From assembly GCA_020137815.1 (NCBI GenBank), contig CM035350.1:4278001-4342000 (forward strand): a DNA stretch of 64,000 nucleotides. The letters are read 5' to 3'. The notes beneath the pieces are model-generated. The model did no database searches. It saw nothing but the letters and a program-made list of their open reading frames with translations, and had not been told where the DNA came from. The translations under genes and the position numbers were made by a program. This document shows, in pieces, positions 13,689 through 41,195 of the stretch; the first letter of the stretch is position 1, and the number at the start of each line of letters is the position of its first letter. The DNA comes from Hormiphora californensis (lineage: Eukaryota; Animalia; Ctenophora).

Positions 13689-13995
13689 CAGAGACGCTGT
13701 CTTGGTTTGTACGGTTCTATTTGATCGATACAAATATAATATAGTTACTAGAGATATATTTGCTTTGATCTTGACTCAATGACTTGTATTTACATTGCTC
13801 ACTGTCTGGCGGCGCCAGACCCCGTTTTGATTCTAAAAAAGACATGAGCGCGTTCAGATCGGGTAGGCCAGACAGATTGATCCTGGCAGTGATAGGACTG
13901 CTCAACAGTACACCTTTTAGTTTTGATTGCTATTAGCAATGCTAAACGGCATTAAAATTAAGTCCTTGGCGGGATATCAAGACAGCGCCTCTCTG
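13689..13995. mobile_element. MITE
   Basis: Imperfect TIRs CAGAGACGCTGTCTTG...CAAGACAGCGCCTCTCTG; an internal segment (13802-13860) recurs in degenerate form at ~14203-14250. Confidence 0.55.
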
Positions 13996-14455
13996 TTTCT
14001 GAACAAATTAAAACAAGATTTCTAAATGGGTGTCGTCACAAATATCATATGTAATTGTAATGAAACACATCCGGTATTCACATCGTATTTACATGGTTCA
14101 TTGGTTCAAGATGCAATGTTACCACTTCGTTAATGTTCTAACCCTCCTTTACAGTTCTGTTTAAAGAGGGTCGAACAAGACAAATTACAACGCAGGTACA
14201 CGCTGTCTGGTGGCGCCGTTTTGATTTCCAAATAGTGCGTTCAGCTCGAGTCGGCACAGTACATCACCTCACAGCATTCACACAACATCTAATATAATAT
14301 ATCCACACTATTTACACATGCCAGCATGTTGTTATTTTTCATACATATCATAAGTCATAACATATAAGTCATAACATTTCTAATGACAGTCATACGCTGC
14401 TCGATGCAGTTTTTCAAGTTGTAGGTCAAAAAATAATTAAAAACACATGGTCATA

Positions 14456-27340
<12,885 letters not shown>

Positions 27341-27493
27341 CAACTAGAATCAATACAGGGGAGGGATAATATTATTGCAGCTTAAAAAACTCTTTGATTT
27401 GAAAAGGGAAATGGGATATCTAGCTAACGAAATTTTGTCAGGCACTTAAACAAACACACAACCAATCACACACAAACACCATCCACACTTAAT

Positions 27494-29112
27494 TTAGTCA
27501 TTTTTTCCATCTTTCTCTTCGTCTTTTTTAGGTCCCTCAGTTACTGCAGAGTTGTACATGCAGCTAATTGCCTCCACCACATTTCCCTCAGTATCGGGTG
27601 GCAGCTCGTATGGTTTTGGTTTGATATCATCACTGGGTGCTTCTCCCTCCGTTGCAAGCTCAGTTAGCCTTTGTACTGGAGGGTATAATGGGGTCAGCCG
27701 GGGCGCGGGGGGGTAGGTTAGCCGTGGCGGGGGGGGGGGGGGTCAGCTAGTGACGTAATATCTGACGATAAAGCCTGAATCTTGGTGGCAGCTCTACTCA
27801 CGGATATCATGTTCCATTGACAGTACTTCAAGAGGACTCCAGAACTCAAAAACTGTATCCACAAAGTCGACACCGCTTTCAATGTTTGCAATTTGTTCCT
27901 CTAACAAGGACTGATGCACCCGCATCTCACCCTGACCCTCTTTTCGCTGGATGTGTGTTAAAATCGAACAGGAAATTTAAGAGTTGTGCTTCACAGGATA
28001 ACTGAAGAAAGACGTTTTTGTACAAAAAATGTTGTTTTTGAACTGCTTTTTTGCTCGATATGTTTCGATGATGACCTACACAGAAACACATTTTGTTCAA
28101 CTTACATGATCTTCGATACTGTGATTCATGGATGCTTCCTTCTGCCTCAAGGTTCTCATGATTTTGTCCATACTATCACTGAGACCAGCCATACTATGCC
28201 CAAACTCTCCCTCAACATTCTTCTGAGTGGCATCTAGTGACGAACCAGCCTTCTTCAAGTTGTACTGTTTCTTGTTGAACGCTGGTTTTAGGTTTTCAAA
28301 CTTCTGTTTTAGGGCAGTTATTGCAGTTCCCAGTTCTTCATAGATGCAATCCTTGTGTTGGGTCAAAGCACACGCTGTACATACAGGCAGGCGGCAGGTG
28401 AAGCAGAAAAACTCCATTATCTTGGCGGGGTGTGTGGGGCAATTCTCCTCCCTTTTGATTGTACTGATTATAAGTGGGGCATTCAATATCTGTTTGAAGG
28501 ATAGCACTTTGTGGTGGGATGTTGCCCTACTGCGTACGTGGAAATCTGAAAAAACAGCAAACATTAGCGCCAATTGAGACGATATTAGAGCCAAACAAAA
28601 TAACACAACTCGCCTGTATGTTCTTGGCAGTAGTTTTCATTGCATGTTAAACATCGTAGCCCAGCGACGTTGCTACATCCAATGCAGTGAAGTGACCCAC
28701 TAAGGTGTCCCTCATAACAACTCGCGATGTCAGCCAGTATCTGGACAAATGATTGAGTCCTGAATGATTCAGCATTCCGACCTGCTGAGAGGACCCCACA
28801 GCTTGCACACTTCACTTTGTTCTTTCCTTCGTTAAATAAGAACGAGACGTTGATACACTCAGTGCACATGGCATGAAGACAGTGAAGAATCTTGGGAACA
28901 CGTCCACTGGAAAACTTCTTCCGACATCCCTTGCAGGTTATATCCTCAACTAACTTGTCTGAGGCAATCTCTGTGTCTAGGTAGTCAACTTTCCGTGATC
29001 TTCGTTTGGAGGACTGCTTTGTTTTCTTTTTCAACTTCTTCTCAGCCTTCAGATCGGTGTCTCGAAGTGAAAGCGTCTGAAAGCCTGGTTCAAATTCCAG
29101 GACCTCCGCCAT
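27494..29112 (-). CDS. TRIM/RBCC E3 ubiquitin ligase (RING, two B-boxes, coiled coil)
   Basis: RING CKGC...CLHAMCTEC...CASC; B-box1 CIGC...CLTC...C..H; B-box2 CPTH...FFCFTCRLPVCTACALTQHKDC. Exons 29112-28614, 28545-28103 and ~27850-27494. Confidence 0.85.
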
Positions 29113-29219
29113 CCTAAAAATATAAATTTAACAATTAAAATTTAAATCCTTTCTGATAAATTCAGTAATAATGTATAATGTTTTGTTGTCCTATCAGCCC
29201 CACAGGGTCTTTACACAGC

Positions 29220-29301
29220 TAAAGTCGGATTTTTTGAAGTTTCCACAAAAATTTCACATGCACGGTCATTTGGGGGTGAGAACTTCAAAAATCCGGCTTT
29301 A
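29220..29301. mobile_element. MITE family A, copy 1
   Basis: TAAAGTCGGATTTTTTGAAGTT...AACTTCAAAAATCCGGCTTTA; same TIR as copies at 41196 and 56064. Confidence 0.75.
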
Positions 29302-30087
29302 GTGGATTGAGCACCACGACTGTAAAGTTTGCCGAAAACGCTTCAAAGAGTGAGCCACAAAGTCTTTACACGCCTGACGCAGCTCTTAAAATTTTACGAA
29401 GTCAATAAGTTTTACATTTTCTGGTGATAAGTATACTGCGTTGTGTCGTTAGATGAGCATATGAGAGTGCTGTCACCGGTGCGCGAGGGAGCTGCCTGCT
29501 TCAGTGCGATCCAACAGGATTTATAAAATAAAAAATTTCGAAAGATTTTGTCGGGAAAAAACATCGACGTCTTTTCAAAAGTGCAGTTTATTTGCACGCG
29601 AAGAGAACTTAAATCCTGTTCAATTTCATCGCGCGGCGCGTTTGTTATTTGCGCGTTCGAAATGGGAGCGCCAAAGAGCGCGACTCGTTGCCAACTTTGG
29701 TTAGAGACCAGACCTGTGGCGTTCGCGCCGTACGTAAAACTTCCCCAGATATTACAAAACACAGATTTGTTCAGGACCTGGCGGCTGAAAATATGGTGCA
29801 CCGTTTTGCAATAGTCTGGTTTAAATAATGGAAATAAAACATAATGGTTTAAAGATTTTTTAACTAAATAAACTTATTTAAATCGTGTATCGCATCAAGT
29901 AATGTACGAAAAAAAGGGTTATTCTCACACGGAACACCGCGGCAAATCAGAGGAGGATTCCGCGTCAAATTAAAAAAAACACAGTTATATAAACCAACAA
30001 CAATTACAGTGGGTTATTATATATTGATGGTGCACACACCTTATTATCTCAATCAATGTGTCCTCTCACTCTCAAATGTATACTCTC

Positions 30088-31636
30088 TCAAACAATGTCT
30101 GCCGGACTACCAGTCTTATCCAACAGCCCATCCGTCTCCTGGGCGGTCACAGCAGCCTCTAAAGTCTCGGCCAGTTCCCGGTCCCGCGGTGTAATAGTTC
30201 GGAACCGTTTTGGTGTATTAGGCCGGGATGAATGGCTACCCCGATCACTTGAATTCCGCATCTCTTCCAGTTTCATCGTGGTAGCCTGGAGATAGGGCGG
30301 TGGTTTAGGAGCTAATCAAGATATAATGTTAGGGGATAGAGAATGATGGTTAGATCAACTGTATTCTTTCAAAATAAAAAACAACACAGGCACGGTATTG
30401 GTAACACATAAAGAGAGAGAGAGATACGGGCTTCACAACAGCTAACACACGTTTTACACAATTCAATTCAGCTGAGGTGTGGTGCCACTCGCATCTTCCA
30501 GGTATAATATATTGGTTCACAGTGTATGTTACTTTGCAATTTCCCTCCCTCCTCAAGGAAGGGGGTGAGAGAGTGTGTTGGCACCCTCCCCGAGAGGAAA
30601 ACGAGCGACGGCAAAAAAGCATAACACATTGTTTTGAGTATCAAAGCCACTCGGTTCATGCATAGTGCCACTCGGCGTGTGTTGTGAGGGGGGTCAAACA
30701 GAGAGAGATGCAGAACGTGGGACATCTCCCTCCCTCCCTGTGGGGTTCATTTCCTCCCGATAACTCACCGTCCAAGTATTGCTCTGGCTACAAGGTTGGA
30801 GTGAAGTTCCAGATGTAGAGTTTGCCCCGTTACTGTGACTGGTTAGATGACAGACATAGATGAATGAGCCGGGTGAAGCTGTGCTATCCACCGCGTTGCT
30901 ATGGTAAACATTGTACATCCATTGGTGTTAGATTTTAGCCTTCTTTTTGCGATGAGAGAGGGTGAGAGAGGGTCGAGCAAGTCCATCAGCAGGACATGTG
31001 TGTGTGATGTTGAGTAGACAGAGCAATAGTCGGAGGTTGCGAAATCAAAAAAGTAAGTCGGGGATGAAATTCAACTAATGATAAAGATTCATGCAAAATA
31101 AATTGGTAGGTAAATGTTCCACGTTCTCTGTCCAGCTGTGTGACCCACTCACAGCACAACACACAAGATAGAGAGGAGATGGGGGTATGAACCTGGAAAG
31201 TTATTCAGACCGCGTCATCACGTGTCACACAATTGAAGCAACGCTATTCCGGTATATCCTATTGGTACTGTCGCCCCTCATGAGCTCACTCCGTGATCCT
31301 TCTCGGGGTGTCGACTGGGCCGAGTGGGCTCCCCCCGCTGCTGCACATGGTGGCAAGTCCGTCACTTCAGCTGCTTTGATGGGTGGCAATGGACCACCGG
31401 CTCCACTGGCAATTTCACAAGTCTAATAAACAAGGGGTACAAGAAGAAGGAAAGAGGCACACACACAGGTTTTAATGTGGTGTTTATCACAACAGTTATT
31501 GACGGATGTTCAGGACGTGATTGTTAAGAGAATAATATCACAAAGAAAAGAAGAAAAATTAACCCAGAGATCAGTAAAAACGGTAAAACATGAGTTGAAG
31601 GAGAGAGAGAGAGACGAGAGAGAGAGAGAGAGAGAT

Positions 31637-31677
<41 letters not shown>

Positions 31678-34600
31678 TAGAGAAGAAGAGAGATCAGGTA
31701 GAGTAAGATCATACAACACATATATGACATACACAGTACATACCTCAAGTGCCCGTTTGTACTCCTCTCGGGTGATGTACAGGTACTGCGTTGTGCCACT
31801 TTCCCCCGGGGTAATAGTGATATCCGGCACGAAGGGTCCCCTTAGGGCTGGAATGCAGAATGTAGAGAAGGGACCTCGGGGTACCATCATCTTTTCTATA
31901 CCCACTTCCACCAGTACCTCACCCTATATCGGAGAGAGAGAGGTGTTACAAGAGCTAGAGGTGATACAAGTGTGGTCTACTCCATATTTGTTTATACCTC
32001 TACTCGGAGGCGTGCTAAGTGTACACTGTTCATTTGGACTGATCACAGAAGGCTACAGTCGCTTATTTCGGCTAAAATTTCTGTTTTATTTTCAAATTCT
32101 AATTCTAAGAACATTATATAACGTACGGTGAGGATCATAACCATGAAGTCAACAGGTTTTCCTGCCTCCACCAGGGGTTTATCATCTGGTTTCAGTTCTC
32201 TAACAACGTCCTGTTTCAACAACTTGTTCAACACACCCGTACTGATCTTGTCCTCCTTGAACTCCGGTATTTGTGTGCTGAAAGAGATAGAGTTTTGGGT
32301 TTACGGTTTGGTATGACGGTTCAGTATGTTTTCTTATCTTTCTAACTTTTAGGAAAGTGTGTTTCAGAATTCTAGGTCTTCCATCTAGGGATAGACCCAA
32401 TAATGAAATCCAAATCGAAAAAAGTGAAAAAGAAGGAAAAATAAAAATGTAAGTTGAAAAAAACTCAGAGAAAGAGAACTGTAAAGTGATGATTTGCGCC
32501 AACTGCCAAGTGATATGTGTGTGTCAGTTGCAACTCAGCTGTACACACTCAAAGTAAAAATTGGATATCTAGCAGCTAGTGATCTGGGTGTATGAGCAAA
32601 AGTAATATATAGTTTTGATCAGAATATATAAATGGAAACAGATATAATACTCACTTGAGGAATGTGAATGTTGCAAGCTGAAGCTGGGGAGTTATCTTCG
32701 ACAAAACGGTGTCTTTTTTCTTGTCAAATGCAGACATACAGGGATTCTGATTCTTGTCATTCTTTTTCTTGAAATCATTCGTAACTGAGTAGAAAGGACA
32801 ATTAAAATTTCAGAATGGAAACAAACCTTTAGAGTTTCGATAAGAAATCAACATTTTTAGCATGCGCTCTTTTTGTAAACGTACCATATGCATCAGTTTC
32901 ATCGACGATTTCTTGCTGGATAATTTCCTCAATGATATCTTCAAGGGTCACGACTCCCACCGTTACGTAGATACTGTCCAAACCAGCCTAGGAAAATGGG
33001 CATATTATGTATCTCTCTCCGTTGATCTACGCCTCCGCGGAAACATTTCTCGCTGTCTCTCGGTATCTCTTAAATTCAAGGATAATGAATAACGATCTGC
33101 CGATAATTTTGGGCATAATTTCCTGGAAGAGAAGGAGGTAGATTTCTGAAAGTTGTGATAGGAAGTGGTAGTACATCTGATGCTGCCAAAAACAACAGCA
33201 ATTGTTCCCAAGCAAACAATAATATTGGATAGTTAGTAAGTAGTAACTATTAGTTACTAGGTGTCAATACAAGATCATTATCACACTCTGATATTATATC
33301 ATCAGAATGCATGGTCAAGTGTGTAAAAGAAACGATCAAGAAACTAAGCGAAATAAATATATGTCTTGTATGCAATGTTCGAGAGAGGCGATGTACTAAC
33401 CCGTTCCTCAATACAATGAACAATGGCCATGTGATATCTCTCCTTGATAAGATCCTGCATCAGCTCCAGCACCTTCGTATCTCCGTACACCTTTGAAATG
33501 ATAACGATTAGACACGAGCAGATAAGAAATAAACATATCCATGTAGAGAAAGTAATTAGTAATTAGTAATTACTAATTAGTACAGAGATCTGATCCCACC
33601 TTGTGAGCGGAGTGATTGTAAAACTTGATCACACTCTCGAGAGGTAACTCATCGTCTGAGTCAATAAATGCCAGATCCTTGGCAAACAGGAGGCCCACAA
33701 TGTTGTTCCTGTCTTCTTCATAGACGGGTATACGGCTGAACCCCCTCTGCATTATCTCCTGCATTGTTTCAAAGTCCAACTTGGTATCAATATCTGAAGG
33801 GTTTGGGGAGTTAAAAACATAGTCTAGAAGGGAAGAGGAGATTCTTCTGGTAATAGATAGCCCCCTAATTTAGTTCTAGGGTGACTCAACTCATGTGGAT
33901 TTTCAATTGAATGACCTAAGGTCAATATTAAAGGAACGTATTTGATGTCAAATTGATCCACAAATGAGTTCAAACTAATCTTAAAACACTTTTTATGGCT
34001 AACCTACCGATACCAGTGCCCATACAATGCCATTCGGTGGCCGTAGCTCAACCCAGGTGGATCAAACCAATTTTGTTGAAAAAGTCAAATTTCGGGTCAA
34101 AATAAGGAAATCCACATCGGTTGAGCATCTAAAATGGGTCAATATGGTAGGAGATACCCCTTCAGGACATTATGAAAGCTAAAAGTTGGGTTATAGTGCG
34201 ATTTTTACCGTGTTTTACTGACTTTTAAGTTTGGCGACCGAAAAATCAACCTCAGCTGAGTAATTCGCCACTCAACCAAGATTACGCTAGTTTAGTATAC
34301 GTTTCTCTGTCGAATCCATGTAACAACCAACCAAAATTTCAAACTGTATGCTCTCCAGCAGAGATTTTATAAATGTTGTTCTGTGATCCACATAGGTTGA
34401 GTTATCAAGTTTTTGCTTATCAAACGGTCAGGTTTTAACATTTTCATGTCTGCTCCTGAATTTTTGTGGATCTAAGATGAAAATAAATGCCTTAAATTGA
34501 GTTTTCAAAAATTTTGGTCGAAATTTTGAAAAAATAAAATCTCAAAAATGTCCCGACTTTATGATCATGTCATCTGAAAAGAAAGGTATTAGTTTCCCTC

Positions 34601-35464
34601 CTGTTGGTACATGACGGAAGAAACTGGATTATACCCAAAACTGTCCGATATTTTACCGATCGAACAGTTTAACATGTTTTGACAAGTGTTTTTTACTGAA
34701 CAGAGTGTATTCAACTCGCAACATACTTAACATGAAGACTGCATCAATGTTAGTCATGATCTCCACCACTGTTTTCTCGTTGATGCTCAACACCCCCGTA
34801 ATCATATTAATTTCATCTTTCTTCATGTCATGATGTCCCTCAGTTAACATTATCAGCTCCTTCAGCTGTTCACGACGGTAGAACACACCTGGAATGATGT
34901 TTTTATTGATAATTGGGTGGACCCCGCTCACAATGGTGTTGATCATACAAGTTGTATCATTTTCATTTGGTTGAACTTGTGTGATTACAAAGCTGAAACA
35001 TCTTTCTTAGCTTGAGACCGGGGAAACAGTGAAAAGAGGATAACAGAAAAAGAAGCCGAGAGAGTATAATTTTGTTTCCACTAAATAGCATGGTAAACTA
35101 CAAATTTACCCACTACAGTGTAACTAAATTCCAATTCACATTTTATTCCCTCCTTGGCAAGCCATATTAACTTGTAGATAACATGCTTCGTTAGATAAGA
35201 GAAAGTTGAACTCACCTAACTCCTCTCCAAGTGCACAATCGAGAAGTTTGGAGATGGGTAGTGAGAGTGGTCCAGTTAGGACCATGAAAATCTTGGTGAT
35301 AAAGAGTGTCTTGGCGCCAACTACTAAACCAAACCGCTGACATATCGCTTGTGGGATAATTTCACCTGGGAAGGAAGGGTTAGATCGGGAGATAAAATGA
35401 ACAATCATGGCTTTGGAAAGAGACAGTTCTACCTTCTAACAGGAGAGAGAGAGAAAGAGAGAGA

Positions 35465-35552
<88 letters not shown>

Positions 35553-36771
35553 TAAGGAAAAGATATTTGCGGCCAGTTAGGAAGGCACATTGCAATTAGC
35601 TTTTTCTCTCAAGCCATTATCTTACACACATACATACGAACAAGTAGGCCTTGTCTATTGTCATTCTCTCTTAGTTAGCAACTCCTTGAGCGCTCATACG
35701 TCATAAAGAGTTGCTGAATATATCCTATTATTAGGGATAAATAACCTCTCTCTCTAACACACAACGAGATTCTTTTGTACAGTCTCCCTCTCTCGCTACA
35801 CAAAGATACTATTGTAGTCTCGGTTGACAGATCTACAGTTCTCACGACACTCAATGAGTACTACTCAGTGACCTAGAGGGAAGGATAGTGGTACAAAGGG
35901 AATTGAGCCATAATAACCGGTATTCGGGACTAGCTAATACTTACAGATACTGAAAAGCACACGCACACAAACGGATACAAACTACACAAGATACAGTTAC
36001 ACAGATGCACTCACCCATTACAACGATTCCAGCGGTAGCACCAATGATGGCTGCAAGACCTCCAAAGAGGGTATCCAGAAGGATGGTGAGAGTGTTGTTA
36101 ACCAGAACATTGCCCAGTAGCAAGGTACACAAGAGGAAGTTACCCTGTCTCCTAATAGGCTCAATCTGCTGAGCATACCCCTTCTCCTCCTCACTCCCGG
36201 TTTCGATAAGTATCCGTAGGGAGGTTAGGTCAAGAGACATGAGACCCAGGTTTAACCCGGAAAACAGCCCTGACAGGCAGAGGAGAAATACAGCAGCAAT
36301 GATCCTAACATAGATTGGAATTTGGAATCCAATATTATTGAGGATAAAGGTGAAATGCATGACGGGATCCTCCTCCGCACCCCGGTTCAGAGAACAAATG
36401 TAGTTTTCAGCAACGGTAAAAGCTGGCAGAATGCCCGTTACCATCAACATGTTACTGGTTGAGTTCCCATCTTCAATCGACAACATTTCCCTGCTCTGAC
36501 AACCCCGGTCCTTGCTAACAAACACCTTACTGATATTCTCCAGGTCATCCCCGTAAATCAGGAGAGTCACGGGGGAATTCTCGTCAAAGAGCCAGGCACC
36601 CCCCGCACTCTGTGTGTGACTTCCCTCGCCCAGGGGAGCATACCCGACCACTTCAGCCGCATCCACCACACCTCCCCCGCCCCATGAAGAAAGGAGGAGG
36701 AGGGAGAGACAGAGGTTCAGAACATAGGGAGCTGGAGAGTTCACAGGAGGAGGAGGGGAATTCTTTACCAT
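30088..36771 (-). CDS. CNNM: CNNM / cyclin M family Mg2+ transporter (DUF21 + CBS pair)
   Basis: [90 protein letters not shown]-terminal signal or hydrophobic segment; last exon 30286-30088. Confidence 0.92.
35440..35548. repeat. (AG)n microsatellite; similar AG/CT tracts at ~31600-31690, 37140-37240, 37460-37500, 38000-38060, 38160-38210, 47185-47225, 49140-49430 and 59308-59376
   Basis: Direct inspection. Confidence 0.95.
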
Positions 36772-37467
36772 CCACAAATAAAGTCATATAAACCCTCCTA
36801 CCTGAGAGGTAGGGAATTGATAAGGAGGAGTTGTATAAATGTAACAGGAGTAAGAGCTGGGATTGGGGAATTTGGGTGTGTATTTAGTTGTTAAAAGGAG
36901 GGGTCAAATTACTTCAAAAAACTAAAGACAAGAACGCTTTGCACCACGCTGTGTGGGTGGCCAATATGACGGAGCACCATTCCCCACTGTTAACCGAACA
37001 GGCAATACCGACTAAATGGCAAGACAAAAAGTAACGGCTTTGTTAGGATAATGCATTGTGTTATAAGCATCATGTATACAATATAGACATAATGGACATT
37101 GGACAGCATGCAAGATGGCAATGGTGGCTCTATTCGATGTCGAGAGAGGAAGAGAGAGATAGAGAGGATATAGAGAGAGACGAAGAGAGAGAGAGGAAGA
37201 GAGAGAGAGAGAGAGAGAGAAATAGAGACAGAGAGAGAGAGGTATCACAAAGACTAAGAGCAAGTGATGTACACAGCGAAATGCACACTCACAGACCATC
37301 AATGATATAAAGAGGCACTAAGCCAATGGCAGAGATAAAAGCTATTCCAGGTAGCATTAAATATAATATACTTTGGGGCCAATAGAGATAATAGTCTCTT
37401 TTAGCGAAAAGGAAATGGCAAAAAATTGAAGTTATTATAATGGCTCTTCTTTTCTTGTCCCTCTCTC

Positions 37468-37500
<33 letters not shown>

Positions 37501-38016
37501 TTTCTAGACTTCCTTGTTAGAGTATCTCAATTATGAGAATGAGAGGAAGAAATACAGCCAGTAACCTGTATAACAATGAGAAAAATAAATATACGCGGCT
37601 AGGCCATATAATGGTGATTTGTGAGTGGCGGTGGCGAGTAGATTAGAAACAGCTACTCACTATAAGAGGCCTATCGTTGACTTATTAAGTACAGACCCAA
37701 AGTGTAGCCATTTATACTCATACCTCACGCCATTTCATACCAGTAACCATGCATGAAAACCCCGCTAAGTCGACTAGACCGTGACCACCAACTGAGTACA
37801 ATGCATTGTGAAACACCACATTTAGTGAACCATGACCGGGCATACCAGGAAAACATATAGGAAAACAATGGGTTGTTCAATAACAATCTGTGAAATAAAA
37901 CAAGTGACACATTGTTGTGGAATGAAACAAAGAAGATGGAGTCGAAATGTGAAGTGAAACTGAGAACGATTATATATGGCGACACAACAAGATAAAAAAG
38001 AGAGAGAGCGAGAGAT

Positions 38017-38062
<46 letters not shown>

Positions 38063-38160
38063 TAAAACTATGGGATGAAAAAAGTGTTTTGCAGATATGG
38101 ATGAAACTCCGCCGCTAACTACCTTCACCACATGTATCAACTGCCTAAAGAGCTAACGAG

Positions 38161-38207
<47 letters not shown>

Positions 38208-38409
38208 AGAATGGGAAGAAAGAGAGGGTGAGGGAGGAGAAAAAGAGAGATCGAGAGAGAACTGAGAAATTTTAATGGAGATAGAAGGTCGAATAGAGAT
38301 TGATGTAAACAGGAAAGTTAGACAGAATAGGGATAAGAATAGAAGTGCTAAACTGGCCAAAATTAAATATAGAATCTAACTGATAAGAAGTTAGAAGAAA
38401 TCAGCGGTA

Positions 38410-38552
38410 TACTCCATTTTTTCAACTGTTCCCCCTAAATTAGCGTGCGGATTTGGTTTGCGCGCCTGCCGCCTATCACATGTTAACGTGTGGTGTGTGC
38501 GTCAAAAATTACAAATTTCACAAATTGGGGGAACAGTTGAAAAAAAAGGACT
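38410..38552. mobile_element. MITE
   Basis: TIRs TCCATTTTTTCAACTGTTCCCCC...GGGGGAACAGTTGAAAAAAAGGA. Confidence 0.7.
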
Positions 38553-39774
38553 TTAAGAGAAGCAGTGCGAGCCAACATATAACTTTCGAATGAACAAGCC
38601 AGTGAAAGAACAAGACAGTGAATTAGTTTATTTTTATTTTGGAAAGAAATTATTATAAGAAATCAGAAAACCTTTTGGAGCTAAGTTGGCCGACAAGCTG
38701 ACCCCAAAAATTCACAAAAACAACAATCACATGAAACCAAAACAGAAAACACAAAAAAAAGTTACCAGCATCCGAGCCAGACAGAGAAAGAAAGAGAGAG
38801 AGAAAATACGAGCGAAGGAAGCGACCCTGACGAGCTAAGGGAATAGAAAGAAAGAGGAGAGAGAGAAAAGAGGGGAGAGGAGGAGAGAGAGAGAGAGAGA
38901 TGAAAAATGGCTCTTAAAGCGAGTTAGGGAAAACAGTACCCAAGAATTGATTCTTTAGAAAGCCTAATTTTAATGTGTGTGAAATGATTTAGAAAGGTGA
39001 AATGCATCCTAATTCTAGGGAAGAAAGTGCATTTTTGAAAATGGCAACACTTTCACTTGATCAGCGTAGGGACATGCACATTTCTCAATGTTAATGGGAT
39101 TATCGAAGGCATCTAATGGTTTTAAATTTTCCCATGCCGAAAGGCAGATTAGGGATTTGACCCGAAGAATCACAAGTGCCCCATAGATTGAGAGAGGTGT
39201 GGAAGAACCCTGAGAGGAGACGACAGGGAGAAGAGATAAGAGAAAAGAGGCTGAGAGGAGAAGGGAAAAAAATACTAGACGCTGGAGGGATTTAACGAAG
39301 AAGGAGAGAGAAAAGGGAGAGGGGAGAGGAGAGAGGAAAAGAGAGAGAAAAAAGAATAAAAAGGAGTTAAAAAAAGCTGGTAGGCCCATTCTGTTGCAGG
39401 GATGAGCACAAGAAATTAATTGGGGTTACCTGCAGCAGCAGCTTTGAGTAATGGATGTACTTTCTAATATCTCTAACAGTTGATTTGAAAATATAATGTC
39501 ATGCAGGCTTTCAAGGCGAAAAGAAGGCCAAGGGTAGTGAATAAGAAGAAATGTAAATAGGGAAAACTAACAAGATGGGAGGCAGGAAAAGGCACTAAAG
39601 CAGTATACACTCAATAACCGGAGAGTAAACTCAGCAAACAACTATCTGCGTATTTTCTCTCTCTCTCTCACCCGCTCTTTCTTTCTCTCTCTCTCTCTAC
39701 CACAGTGCCCGTGTTCTAATTGACCTCTGATTAAAAGGAAACGCAGAGTGTTTTTAAAAGCAAACGGTTGAAAA

Positions 39775-40449
39775 TTATCTGATTGCCAGGATTGGCGTGA
39801 CAACATCGATTGGCATCTTCTCAACGATTTCCTTCTGTTCCACCATCTCTTCTTTCTCTCCGACAAACACGGTATCACCCGTTACAACCCAGCTGTTCTT
39901 CTTAGCGAGGTCCTCAAATGTGGCCTGGTCGGTCATTGGCCCCAGTAACTGCATCAGGAAGTCCTTCTCAACGTTCTTGTAAGTCAGCTTGAGGACGACG
40001 CACACAAAGTTCCGGACTGCTTCTACAAAACCAACCGTCGTCGAGAAGATCTTCTCCTCCTGGATGACATTCCAGAATTCGGGGAATTGGCAAGTTTCCA
40101 ATAACCTGGCAACTTCGTCGATCTTCTTTGTCAGGGGATCATCGATCATATCTTGTGATAGCTGTGCTCGGCACAATACATAGTCGCTATTGGGCAGCTG
40201 CATGAGTGCCTTGACTAGCACCATGTGAACATTACCAACACAGGATCGGCTGTACAGCTCAGGGGAAAACTGGTACAATTTGAGAATGTTCAGGTTCGCA
40301 TCGGGGTCATAGAAGCCATGTCCTACTTGGAATTTGATGTAATCAATGTAGAAATCAAGTTTCTCGGGGTTCAGCCGGGAGAGTCCCTCCATCGAGTAGA
40401 ATGCCTCCTCCTGCATCTCTTTGAATTGTGCGAGGGCATCCATGACCAT
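39775..40449 (-). CDS. EIF3K: Eukaryotic translation initiation factor 3 subunit K, single coding exon
   Basis: 224 aa; GLSRLNPE...YDPDANLNILKLYQF...LVKALMQLP..DYVLC...LLETCQFPEFW...GFVEAVRNFV match the eIF3k PCI protein. Confidence 0.93.
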   Translation of the reverse strand: MVMDALAQFKEMQEEAFYSMEGLSRLNPEKLDFYIDYIKFQVGHGFYDPDANLNILKLYQFSPELYSRSCVGNVHMVLVKALMQLPNSDYVLCRAQLSQDMIDDPLTKKIDEVARLLETCQFPEFWNVIQEEKIFSTTVGFVEAVRNFVCVVLKLTYKNVEKDFLMQLLGPMTDQATFEDLAKKNSWVVTGDTVFVGEKEEMVEQKEIVEKMPIDVVTPILAIR

Positions 40450-40636
40450 TCTCCACTAGAAGGAGGGAGGAAAAGTGTTAATCAGCAGCTGATAAAAACT
40501 CTCGTCGCATTTACAAGTGCATAAAAATAATAAATTGGCATATAAAATGACATACATAATGTAATATGAAAATGTAATAACACACCGCTCAATCCCAGTA
40601 ACTCATTATATTTACATCTCAGTCTATTTCATCAAA

Positions 40637-40962
40637 TCAGCGAGACGATCTGACAGAGAGTGGACGACCCGAGGACGATGCCTTGTTTGATACCGCCATG
40701 CTCTCTGACCGCAAATCCCTGATTATCTCTGCGAGTGACTCCGGATGCACACCTGTAAGATGGAGTATAAGCTAGAGTGGGTGGAATGTGAGATTGGAAT
40801 GTTACGGACTTCGTTTTCTCAACCTCCTCACTCACCAGCCTCTATCAATCGCGTGCAAATGTACAATGATCGGTTATCTAAGCCAGTATCGAGAAGATTG
40901 GAAACTTTGCTCACAAGTAGCAGCATCTCCCGCTGCTTCTGGCTTTTCTCGGACGTGTTCAT
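40637..40962 (-). CDS. MZT1: MOZART1 / mitotic-spindle organizing protein 1 (not in the ORF track)
   Basis: Two exons, 40962-40836 and 40752-40637, joined across a GT-AG intron give 80 aa: MNTSEKSQKQREMLLLVSKVSNLLDTGLDNRSLYICTRLIEAGVHPESLAEIIRDLRSES..., matching the MZT1 signature LLxTGLD...GVxPExLAxxI. Confidence 0.9.
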
Positions 40963-41195
40963 GCTTTACGGGTTGGACAGATCGGACTTTTTACCAAAAA
41001 ACAGAAAGATTTTTTAAAAAAAGGAGAAACACAAAAAACGGCAACGAAGGCGCAACGCGAACTGAATGGCGCGGCAATTTTGTATTTCGCGCGCAATTCA
41101 CCCTGTTTCGCGCGGCGCTACATTTGCGCGTGCAGTTTGCGGTCAAATTTTTGTGACACGTTTTTGGCCAAATTTATTAATTTTTTAATTGATTA

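Noticed and set aside
31475-32131. 218-aa plus-strand ORF
   Set aside because: It is antisense to CNNM exons and runs through an (AG)n tract, with no independent coding signal.
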